Origin: Auanema rhodensis
Lineage: Eukaryota; Animalia; Nematoda
DNA: 64,000 bases
Direction of reading: 5' to 3'
NCBI GenBank assembly: GCA_964057225.1
Contig: OZ059899.1
Location: forward strand, 11,036,001 to 11,100,000
A model generated the notes under the pieces. It made no database searches, was not told the DNA's origin, and was given only the letters and a program-made list of their open reading frames with translations. Below are positions 49,183 through 60,600 of the stretch, piece by piece (within the stretch, counting starts at the first letter, position 1; each line of letters starts with the position of its first letter). A program made the translations under genes and the position numbers.

Positions 49183-49775
49183 TACGAAAGTACGAAATAA
49201 CAAAGCGCTGATTATAGGAAACGTGAATGAATGCAGATATTCTCAATTCCGATTCATTAACTAGATCGTGGTCAGCATTTTACAACATTGATAAAATAGA
49301 AACTGAGAAAAATACATCAACAAATGACACTATTAACTTGGTTTTTTGAACAGCTTTTTTATATTTCTTTTTTCACTATGAGAGAACTTATATTTATTGC
49401 TTTTTCAAAATTTTCCATTTTTAACATTATACATCTTGACTATCACACATTGAGAACAACAGTTGGCAATGTTGGTTGTCACGTCATATTTCATGCAGTT
49501 AGATTTTCAGACACATTAATACCTTTGACCATTCTTCTTATGAGTTTTGTAACGATAGATCGTAATAGGAAATGAATTGCTATAATATGAAAAAATACAA
49601 GACATAGTCAACATTGATTTCCCCAAATAGTATCATGTTTGCTTGTTATTCAACTAGAACACTTTTTTTTTGATTGTTTTCTTCAAATATTCTTTTTTTT
49701 TCTTTAACAAAGTTATGACTGAGATCAAAATTTGAACTTACTTTTGAACAATTAAACAGAAATTTAAAAAATATT

Positions 49776-49849
49776 TGCCGCCAGCAGGGGTCGAACCTGC
49801 GACCTTGGGCTTATTAGACCCACGCTCTAACCGACTGAGCTATGGCGGC
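49776..49849 (-). tRNA. tRNA-Ile(AAT)
   Basis: Same as 642-715. Confidence 0.95.
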
Positions 49850-50442
49850 TACGAAAGTACGAAATAACAAAGCGCTGATTATAGGAAACGTGAATGAATG
49901 CAGATATTCTCAATTCCGATTCATTAACTAGATCGTGGTCAGCATTTTACAACATTGATAAAATAGAAACTGAGAAAAAAACATCAACAAATGACACTAT
50001 TAACTTGGTTTTTTGAACAGCTTTTTTATATTTCTTTTTTCACTATGAGAGAACTTATATTTATTGCTTTTTCAAAAGTTTCCATTTTTAACATTATACA
50101 TCTTGACTATCACACATTGAGAACAACAGTTGGCAATGTTGGTTGTCACGTCATATTTCATGCAGTTAGATTTTCAGACACATTAATACCTTTGACCATT
50201 CTTCTTATGAGTTTTGTAACGATAGATCGTAATAGGAAATGAATTGCTATAATATGAAAAAATACAAGACATAGTCAACATTGATTTCCCCAAATAGTAT
50301 CATGTTTGCTTGTTATTCAATTAGAACACTTATTTTTTGATTGTTTTCTTGAAATATTCTTTTTTTTTCTTCAACAAAGTTATGACTGAGATCAAAATTT
50401 GAACTTACTTTTGAACAATTAAACAGAAATTTAAAAAATATT

Positions 50443-50516
50443 TGCCGCCAGCAGGGGTCGAACCTGCGACCTTGGGCTTATTAGACCCACGCTCTAACCG
50501 ACTGAGCTATGGCGGC
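50443..50516 (-). tRNA. tRNA-Ile(AAT)
   Basis: Same as 642-715. Confidence 0.95.
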
Positions 50517-51109
50517 TACGAAAGTACGAAATAACAAAGCGCTGATTATAGGAAACGTGAATGAATGCAGATATTCTCAATTCCGATTCATTAACTAGAT
50601 CGTGGTCAGCATTTTACAACATTGATAAAATAGAAACTGAGAAAAAAACATCAACAAATGACACTATTAACTTGGTTTTTTGAACAGCTTTTTTATATTT
50701 CTTTTTTCACTATGAGAGAACTTATATTTATTGCTTTTTCAAAATTTTCCATTTTTAACATTATACATCTTGACTATCACACATTGAGAACAACAGTTGG
50801 CAATGTTGGTTGTCACGTCATATTTCATGCAGTTAGATTTTCAGACACATTAATACCTTTGACCATTCTTCTTATGAGTTTTGTAACGATAGATCGTAAT
50901 AGGAAATGAATTGGTATAATATGAAAAAATACAAGACATAGTCAACATTGATTTCCCCAAATAGTATCATGTTTGCTTGTTATTCAATTAGAACACTTAT
51001 TTTTTGATTGTTTTCTTCAAATATTCTTTTTTTTTCTTTAACAAAGTTATGACTGAGATCAAAATTTGAACTTACTTTTGAACAATTAAACAGAAATTTA
51101 AAAAATATT

Positions 51110-51183
51110 TGCCGCCAGCAGGGGTCGAACCTGCGACCTTGGGCTTATTAGACCCACGCTCTAACCGACTGAGCTATGGCGGC
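51110..51183 (-). tRNA. tRNA-Ile(AAT)
   Basis: Same as 642-715. Confidence 0.95.
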
Positions 51184-51782
51184 TACGAAAGTACGAAATA
51201 ACAAAGCGCTGATTATAGGAAACGTGAATGAATGCAGATATTCTCAATTCCGATTCATTAACTAGATCGTGGTCAGCATTTTACAACATTGATAAAATAG
51301 AAACTGAGAAAAAAACATCAACAAATGACACTATTAACTTGGTTTTTTGAACAGCATTTTTATATTTCTTTTTTCACTATGAGAGAACTTATATTTATTG
51401 CTTTTTCAAAATTTTCCATTTTTAACATTATACATCTTGACTATCACACATTGAGAACAACAGTTGGCAATATTGGTTGTCACGTCATATTTCATGCAGT
51501 TAGATTTTCAGACACATTAATACCTTTGACCATTCTTCTTATGAGTTTTGTAACGATAACGATAGATCGTAATAGGAAATGAATTGATATAATATGAAAA
51601 AATACAAGACATAGTCAACATTGATTTCCCCAAATAGTATCATGTTTGCTTGTTATTCAATTAGAACACTTATTTTTTGATTGTTTTCTTCAAATATTCT
51701 TTTTTTTTCTTTAACAAAGTTATGACTGAGATCAAAATTTGAACTTACTTTTGAACAATTAAACAGAAATTTAAAAAATATT

Positions 51783-51856
51783 TGCCGCCAGCAGGGGTCG
51801 AACCTGCGACCTTGGGCTTATTAGACCCACGCTCTAACCGACTGAGCTATGGCGGC
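51783..51856 (-). tRNA. tRNA-Ile(AAT)
   Basis: Same as 642-715. Confidence 0.95.
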
Positions 51857-52449
51857 TACGAAAGTACGAAATAACAAGGCGCTGATTATAGGAAACGTGA
51901 ATGAATGCAGATATTCTCAATTCCGATTCATTAACTAGATCGTGGTCAGCATTTTACAACATTGATAAAATAGAAACTGAGAAAAAAACATCAACAAATG
52001 ACACTATTAACTTGGTTTTTTGAACAGCATTTTTATATTTCTTTTTTCACTCTGAGAGAACTTATATTCATTGATTTTTCAAAATTTTCCTTTTTTAACA
52101 TTATACATCTTGACTATCACACATTGAGAACAACAGTTGGCAATATTGGTTGTCACGTCATATTTCATGCAGTTAGATTTTCAGACACATTAATACCTTG
52201 GACCATTCTTCTTATGAGTTTTGTAACGATAGATCGTAATAGGAAATGAATTGCTATAATATGAAAAAATACAAGACATAGTCAACATTGATTTCTTCAA
52301 ATAGTATCATGTTTGCTTGTTATTCAATTAGAACACTTATTTTTTGATTGTTTTCTTGAAATATTCTTTTTTTTTCTTTAACAAAGTTATGACTGAGATC
52401 AAAATTTGAACTTACTTTTGAACAATTAAACAGAAATTTTAAAAATATT

Positions 52450-52523
52450 TGCCGCCAGCAGGGGTCGAACCTGCGACCTTGGGCTTATTAGACCCACGCT
52501 CTAACCGACTGAGCTATGGCGGC
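52450..52523 (-). tRNA. tRNA-Ile(AAT)
   Basis: Same as 642-715. Confidence 0.95.
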
Positions 52524-52859
52524 TACGAAAGTACGAAATAACAAAGCGCTGATTATAGGAAACGTGAATGAATGCAGATATTCTCAATTCCGATTCATTA
52601 ACTAGATCGTGGTCAGCATTTTACAACATTGATAAAATAGAAACTGAGAAAAAAACATCAACAAATGACACTATTAACTTGGTTTTTTTAACAGCTTTTT
52701 TATATTTCTTTTTTCACTATGAGAGAACTTATATTTATTGCTTTTTCAAAATTTTCCATTTTCAACATTATACATCTTGACTATCACACATTGAGAACAA
52801 AGTTGGCAATGTTGGTTGTCACGTCATATTTCATGAAAAACAGAAATTTAAAAAATATT

Positions 52860-52933
52860 TGCCGCCAGCAGGGGTCGAACCTGCGACCTTGGGCTTATTA
52901 GACCCACGCTCTAACCGACTGAGCTATGGCGGC
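52860..52933 (-). tRNA. tRNA-Ile(AAT)
   Basis: Same as 642-715. Confidence 0.95.
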
Positions 52934-53526
52934 TACGAAAGTACGAAATAACAAAGCGTTGATTATAGGAAACGTGAATGAATGCAGATATTCTCAATTC
53001 CGATTCATTAACTAGATCGTGGTCAGCATTTTACAACATTGATAAAATAGAGACTGAGAAAAAAACATCAACAAATGACACTATTAACTTGGTTTTTTTA
53101 ACAGCTTTTTTATATTTCTTTTTTCACTATGAGAGAACTAATATTTATTGCTTTTTCAAAATTTTCCATTTTTAACATTATACATCTTGACTATCACACA
53201 TTGAGAACAACAGTTGGCAATGTTGGTTGTCACGTCATATTTCATGCAGATAGATTTTCAGACACATTAATACCTTTGACCATTCTTCTTATGAGTTTTG
53301 TAACGATAGATCGTAATAGGAAATGAATTGCTATAATATGAAAAAATACAAGACATAGTCAACATTGATTTCCCCAAATAGTATCATGTTTGCTTGTTAT
53401 TCAATTAGAACACTTATTTTTTGATTGTTTTCTTGAAATATTCTTTTTTTTTCTTTAACAAAGTTATGACTGAGATCAAAATTTGAACTTACTTTTGAAC
53501 AATTAAACAGAAATTTAAAAAATATT

Positions 53527-53600
53527 TGCCGCCAGCAGGGGTCGAACCTGCGACCTTGGGCTTATTAGACCCACGCTCTAACCGACTGAGCTATGGCGGC
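53527..53600 (-). tRNA. tRNA-Ile(AAT)
   Basis: Same as 642-715. Confidence 0.95.
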
Positions 53601-53936
53601 TACGAAAGTACGAAATAACAAAGCGCTGATTATAGGAAACGTGAATGAATGCAGATATTCTCAATTCCGATTCATTAACTAGATCGTGGTCAGCATTTTA
53701 CAACATTGATAAAATAGAAACTGAGAAAAAAACATCAACAAATGACACTATTAACTTGGTTTTTTTAACAGCTTTTTTATATTTCTTTTTTCACTATGAG
53801 AGAACTTATATTTATTGCTTTTTCAAAATTTTCCATTTTCAACATTATACATCTTGACTATCACACATTGAGAACAAAGTTGGCAATGTTGGTTGTCACG
53901 TCATATTTCATGAAAAACAGAAATTTAAAAAATATT

Positions 53937-54010
53937 TGCCGCCAGCAGGGGTCGAACCTGCGACCTTGGGCTTATTAGACCCACGCTCTAACCGACTGAG
54001 CTATGGCGGC
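53937..54010 (-). tRNA. tRNA-Ile(AAT)
   Basis: Same as 642-715. Confidence 0.95.
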
Positions 54011-54080
54011 TACGAAAGTACGAAATAACAAAGCGCTGATTATAGGAAACGTGAATGAATGCAGATATTCTCAATTCCGA

Positions 54081-54410
54081 TGTGGCGTTATACCGCAAGT
54101 GTATAGTATGGTTGGAAGTAAAACACAAAGCGAATATGTAGAAAAAGGTTTATTGATGAATTAACAAGACAAGCACGGAATAGAATCACTGACTGCGAAC
54201 GTGGAAAAATGTAAGACTGTCCTCCGTTGTTGGGCGGTCTTCTGAAATAAACTGTTACTTATGCCACATGTTAACACATATGTTATGCATATGTGTTTTG
54301 ATCTAGTTACAAAGGAAGGAGATAAAGAGAGAGAGAGAGAGAGAGAGAGGTATATATATATAGAGAGAGATAGAGATAACAAAAACAAAACCTACTCGCT
54401 TATCGCGACA
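54081..54410 (-). mobile_element. Solo LTR, second family (copy 4 of 5)
   Basis: Same sequence, site and TCCGA TSD. Confidence 0.85.
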
Positions 54411-54938
54411 TCCGATTCATTAACTAGATCGTGGTCAGCATTTTACAACATTGATAAAATAGAAACTGAGAAAAAAACATCAACAAATGACACTATTAAC
54501 TTGGTTTTTTGAACAGCTTTTTTATATTTCTTTTTTCACTATGAGAGAACTTATATTAATTGCTTTTTCAAAATTTTATATTTTTAACATTATACATCTT
54601 GACTATCACACATTGAGAACAACAGTTGGCAATGTTGGTTGTCACGTCATATTTCATGCAGTTAGATTTTCAGACACATTAATACCTTTGACCATTCTTC
54701 TTATGAGTTTTGTAACGATAGATCGTAATAGGAAATGAATTGCTATAATATGAAAAAATACAAGACATAGTCAACATTGATTTCCGAAAATAGTATCATG
54801 TTTGCTTGTTATTCAATTAGAACATTTATTTTTTGATTGTTTTCTTGAAATATTCTTTTTTTTTCTTTAACAAAGTTATGACTGAGATCAAAATTTGAAC
54901 TTACTTTTGAACAATTAAACAGAAATATAAAAAATATT

Positions 54939-55012
54939 TGCGGCCAGCAGGGGTCGAACCTGCGACCTTGGGCTTATTAGACCCACGCTCTAACCGACTG
55001 AGCTATGGCGGC
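54939..55012 (-). tRNA. tRNA-Ile(AAT), G70C variant
   Basis: C3-C70 mismatch. Confidence 0.9.
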
Positions 55013-55082
55013 TACGAAAGTACGAAATAACAAAGCGCTGATTATAGGAAACGTGAATGAATGCAGATATTCTCAATTCCGA

Positions 55083-55412
55083 TGTGGCGTTATACCGCAA
55101 GTGTATAGTATGGTTGGAAGTAAAACACAAAGCGAATATGTAGAAAAAGGTTTATTGATGAATTAACAAGACAAGCACGGAATAGAATCACTGACTGCGA
55201 ACGTGGAAAAATGTAAGACTGTCCTCCGTTGTTGGGCGGTCTTCTGAAATAAACTGTTACTTATGCCACATGTTAACACATATGTTATGCATATGTGTTT
55301 TGATCTAGTTACAAAGGAAGGAGATAAAGAGAGAGAGAGAGAGAGAGAGAGGTATATATATATAGAGAGAGATAGAGATAACAAAAACAAAACCTACTCG
55401 CTTATCGCGACA
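55083..55412 (-). mobile_element. Solo LTR, second family (copy 5 of 5)
   Basis: Part of a 1002-bp tandem duplication with copy 4. Confidence 0.85.
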
Positions 55413-55940
55413 TCCGATTCATTAACTAGATCGTGGTCAGCATTTTACAACATTGATAAAATAGAAACTGAGAAAAAAACATCAACAAATGACACTATTA
55501 ACTTGGTTTTTTGAACAGCTTTTTTATATTTCTTTTTTCACTATGAGAGAACTTATATTAATTGCTTTTTCAAAATTTTATATTTTTAACATTATACATC
55601 TTGACTATCACACATTGAGAACAACAGTTGGCAATGTTGGTTGTCACGTCATATTTCATGCAGTTAGATTTTCAGACACATTAATACCTTTGACCATTCT
55701 TCTTATGAGTTTTGTAACGATAGATCGTAATAGGAAATGAATTGCTATAATATGAAAAAATACAAGACATAGTCAACATTGATTTCCGAAAATAGTATCA
55801 TGTTTGCTTGTTATTCAATTAGAACATTTATTTTTTGATTGTTTTCTTGAAATATTCTTTTTTTTTCTTTAACAAAGTTATGACTGAGATCAAAATTTGA
55901 ACTTACTTTTGAACAATTAAACAGAAATATAAAAAATTTT

Positions 55941-56014
55941 TGCGGCCAGCAGGGGTCGAACCTGCGACCTTGGGCTTATTAGACCCACGCTCTAACCGAC
56001 TGAGCTATGGCGGC
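55941..56014 (-). tRNA. tRNA-Ile(AAT), G70C variant
   Basis: C3-C70 mismatch. Confidence 0.9.
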
Positions 56015-56506
56015 TACGAAAGTACGAAATAACAAAGCGCTGATTATAGGAAACGTGAATGAATGCAGATATTCTCAATTCCGATTCATTAACTAGATCG
56101 TGGTCAGCATTTTACAACATTGATAAAATAGAAACTGAGAAAAAAACATCAACAAATGACACTATTAACTTGGTTTTTTGAACAGCTTTTTTATATTTCT
56201 TTTTTCACTATGAGAGAACTTATATTTATTGCTTTTTCAAAATTTTCCATTTTTAACATAATACATCTTGACTATCACACATTGAGAACAACAGTTGGCA
56301 ATGTTGGTTGTCACGTCATATTTCATGCAGTTAGATTTTCAGACACATTAATACCTTTGACCATTCTTCTTATGAGTTTTGTAACGATAGATCGTAATAG
56401 GAAATGAATTGGTATAATATGAAAAAATACAAGACATAGTCAACATTGATTTCCCCAAATAGTATCAGTAGAGAGCCGTGCAAAATTTACTAACCACGCC
56501 CCCAAA

Positions 56507-56620
56507 CAGCTGTCAAAAACATACTTTTGGGGGGCGTCAGCTGCTAAAAACATACTTTTGGGGCGCGTCAGCTGTCAAAAACATATTTTTGAGCGTCAGC
56601 TGTTAAAATCATATTTTGGG
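56507..56620 (+). repeat. Subterminal ~30-bp repeats in the presumed TIR (about 4 copies)
   Basis: CAGCTG(T/C)(C/T)AAAAACATACTTTTGGGG(G/C)GCGT-like units. Confidence 0.8.
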
Positions 56621-57085
56621 ATCATGGTTCATGGATTCTCCTTTTTTAAATTTAAAAATCATGATTTAAAGCATGATTTTTTTTTAAATCAAATTTAAAT
56701 ATGCTTTTAAATGTATGTATATATTTTTAATTATTTTTAAATATATTAAGTAAAAATAAAAATCTTAATTTTAAATATTTAAATTATATTTAAATTTTAT
56801 ATATATAAATTATATTTAAACTTTAAATATTTAAATTATATTTAAATTTTATATATATAAATTTTATTTAAACTTTAAATTTTATATATAAATTATATTT
56901 AAATATTTAAATATTTAAATATGTAAATTTGTTTTTTAAATTTTATTTATTTATTAAATTTATTAATAATGTTTGTTTACTTGATTTGTTTATTTTTTAT
57001 TGTATTGTGTTTGTATTGTTTTTATTTTAAAGAACAGTAAAATTTTTGCATGTATATCGTTTTGTTCACCGTACTTGTTATGGGT

Positions 57086-57294
57086 AATTCAATGGAACAC
57101 ATATCGAAGGTTAATTCGATAAGAACGATATGAAATACAAAATTCAATGGAACACATATCGAAGGTTAATTCGATAAGAACGATATGAAATACAAAATTC
57201 AATGGAACACATATCGAAGGTTAATTCGATAAGAACGATATGAAATACCAAAATTTAATGGAACACATATCGAAAGTTAATTCGATAAGAACGA
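57086..57294 (+). repeat. 55-bp tandem repeat, about 3.8 copies
   Basis: AATTCAATGGAACACATATCGAAGGTTAATTCGATAAGAACGATATGAAATACAA at 57086, 57141, 57196 and about 57252. Confidence 0.9.
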
Positions 57295-57690
57295 CATTAA
57301 ATTATTAATTTTTGAAATTACAAATTGTTATTAATTATATTTATTCTAACAAGTAAAGGTTTCAAATTATAATAAAAGATTATTTTTAAACTTCATTTTA
57401 CTAATATAACAATACAATAACTAAATAGAGCACACATTGAAGGTAAATACAATAAGATTAACAAACAGTTGCGCTGACCTCAATGAAACGCATAAAGTTA
57501 ATTTAATAAGAACTAATAACAAAAATTAATCCGACGGGGACAATAAAAACAGATGTATTCAATAAGCTTATTTATTTTAAAGTTTATCGCAACTGCTAGT
57601 TTTGACAGCTGTACCCAAATCCATGTTACATAACAAATTACAATGCCAACAGCAATGTGTAGACTGATGTATTCATTATATCAAGGTACA

Positions 57691-60600
57691 ATGGCTGCTA
57701 ATAGGTTGTGTCTTTTTGATTATTTGTTTGTAAACTTTTTCTTTTTTTAGTTATAAACGTTTATGTGAAGAGCTAGGATTTGATTATGAAGAAATCAATC
57801 AGCTCAGGTAATTTAACAATATTTTGAATCTTTATATATATTTTGTTTTTTAGTAAACGTATAAAGTTTACCGAAGCTGGTGGGATCGAGCTCTGTGAGC
57901 CCACATCACCCACTTTTAACAGTGGGCCCTCATCATCAAGGGTTATTGAAGTAATAACCTTGGATGACAGTGATGAGTAAGCGATATTAAAAATTATAAC
58001 AATTAGTTTTTTCTTTTTAAGCGAATGGGATCCTGCTACCCCATCAACCAGTGGAGGACAAGTCGGATATGGAGCGGCATTCAACGATGTCTGTAAAATA
58101 GAGGTGCGATCTTTTATTTACATATCATTTCATAATATATCTTTTGAAACATGAAATTTTCTCTTGCTCCAATTGCATATTTTGAAAACATTTTGAAATT
58201 TATTTCTCTTTTTCAATTGCTCTCTCTCTCATCTTTACATTTCATCTCAATCTATATCTTTTTTCAAACAAATTGCAAGTATTTTGAAATTTACATATTC
58301 ATTCTTTTGAACAACATTCATTTTAAAATCTTTACATTTCATCTCACTATCTATCTATCTTTCCTCATCTATCTTTCTTTCAACCAATTTTGAATTCTTA
58401 CAAATTATAAATATTTCAAACATTTTGAACTAGTAAAATAATAAAACACAATCTTGACCTTTTCATTTATTTTTTAACATTAACAAATGTTTATAAAAGT
58501 TTTTTCAAAGTTGAAAAAAAAAAAAAAACTTTATATTTAAAAATCAAATGCCATTTATTTTTAAACATTAATAAAAATAATTTAAAGAAAAGTAAATTTA
58601 TAAAAAGTTATAAACAAAAATTATTTATATTTAAACTAAAAGCGTATAACCATTATAAAAAGTGTGTATTATAGTGGTCACACCGACGCATAAAACGAAC
58701 TGGTCGGTTCACCAACGTGGTCGTTAGATCGCTCACGTTCCCACATTTGGAAGCCATTGATGAGCCAATGCATGTTGTCATGCCGCGGCTATTTAATGAG
58801 TTTCTTGATCGGTGCCTTGCTGAAAGTGGTGTGCCAGATAAACAAAAAGCACTATTTTGTTTATCAATAGAGCACCCATCCTTTGAAAAGGGATCCATAT
58901 TTATGGATTTCCGTAGAAGGGAGCATTTGGATGGCGTTGCCATCATGAATGCCATCAGCAAGGTACAGCAATCAAAGCGAGAGGCTGTAATTAGCCAGGC
59001 AATGAACATTGAAATGTATGTGTTTGATGAGAGACCAGTGCAGCCAAGCCTGATGCCTGGTGAAGGTAGAGTTGGTTTCTATTTTGATGCCGAACTCAAG
59101 ATACCTGGCACAATTGAGAACACTGATACACATTGCCTGGCTAGAGCAGCAGTTGTGGGAATGTGGAGAGCCGATGAAGAGGCAGCAGAAGATGTTGTTG
59201 AGAAGCGGAGGATTCAAAATCTTCGTCGCAACTACATCTTGTTGCCAAATCAACCACATCATATCAATTTATTGAATAGGTGTGGTATTTCTGTACATTT
59301 ACCAAATTATAATTTGAACCATTTAAATATTATTGCAAGTTGTAATACAGACTATAAGTTTGTAGTATACGCTAGGCCACCTGGACAGCGTATGTACGCT
59401 ATTCAGCGTATCTTTAATGAAACGGCTAGCAAAGTGGTAACACTAGGCTACCGAAATAATCATTATGACTGTATTACAACTTGTAGTAGATCACAGATTT
59501 TTGATGGTATTATATGCCAACACTGTAAATTATCTTACAAAACAGTGTTGCATAGATGTAAAGCCAAGTGTAAGAAATGCCACACCTTAAAATGTAATTC
59601 GATGGAAAATGTGGTTGAGAGTAGCATAAGATGTGATAGTTGTAGAGTTTTGTTCAAAACTCGTCAATGCTTTGACAGGCATATTAGAAAAACATGTCGA
59701 ATGTTTAAGGTAATTTAAAAAATATATATAAAATTTTACAAGACTAAATTCAGACATGTGAAAACTGTGATCATTATCACAGAGTACGTGCTGATAGACC
59801 GCACAATTGCAATGAGAAATTTTGCAAAAAGTGTGGGCAAACAAAGCCTGAAGATCATTCTTGTTGTTGGGTACCACCTAACGACAAGAAGAAGGATCAG
59901 TTAAAAAAGAGGCAAGAAAAATACAAGGTTTGTATTTTACATCTTTACAAGTGTAATGCTTACTTGTTTAAGATTATATTCTATGACTTTGAAACGGTTG
60001 TGTTAAAAAACGGTACAAATGTTCATGAATATGCAGATGAACAATGGCCCAATATGGTTGTGTATAATAAATTTTGTGAAAGTTGTATAGATGCCAACTC
60101 ATGTGAAAAATGCACAACCAAGGAGGGCCATTTTGGGTACCAACAAGGTGATAGTGAATGGTCTGTAACAGATCGTTTCCTTGATTGGTTACTCAACTCT
60201 GTTGAGAATGATAATGCAATTTTGATTGCGCATAATGGTTCACGCTTTGACATACATTTCTTGGTGTCTAGGCTGATAAACCGTGGTATATATCCTGATC
60301 CAATTTTAAATGGGACCAAGATTATAAGCATGGTTGTCAAGCCTTTAAGAGGTCAAAAATTTAACCATTTATATTTTAAAGATAGTTATTTATTAGTGCC
60401 TTTACCCTTATCAGCGTTACCCAAGGCATTTGGTGTACCTGATATGAGTAAAGGACAGTTTCCTTACCTCTATAATCACCCAATAAATTATGGCAAAGTG
60501 TTGCCATCTTTACCACCAAAACAGTACTATTGTACTGCTAGAATGAAAGCAGAAGACCTAGCTTCATTCGATATTTGGTATGAAGAGCGTAATCAAAGAG

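Larger units (their letters stand above)
1..56466 (-). repeat. Tandem tRNA-Ile(AAT) gene array, 667-bp unit (410/411-bp deletion variants), interrupted by mobile elements; continues beyond the left edge
   Basis: Near-identical unit recurs every 666-668 bp (ORF track starts 190, 857, 1524...); 68 tRNA positions counted by eye. Confidence 0.98.

Noticed and set aside
54161-55514. ORFs with ERERER / LSLSLS runs
   Set aside because: Translations of the (GA)n tract in the solo LTR
190-56407. Repeated 60-115 aa ORFs (MTLLTWFF..., MRELIF..., MNADIL...)
   Set aside because: AT-rich spacer translations; freely broken by indels and stops between units, some run antisense through the tRNA, no recognisable domain
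1-56466. CRISPR-like or SINE interpretation of the array
   Set aside because: Spacers are near-identical rather than unique, there are no cas genes, and units are full cloverleaf tRNAs with terminators, lacking poly(A) tails or per-unit TSDs
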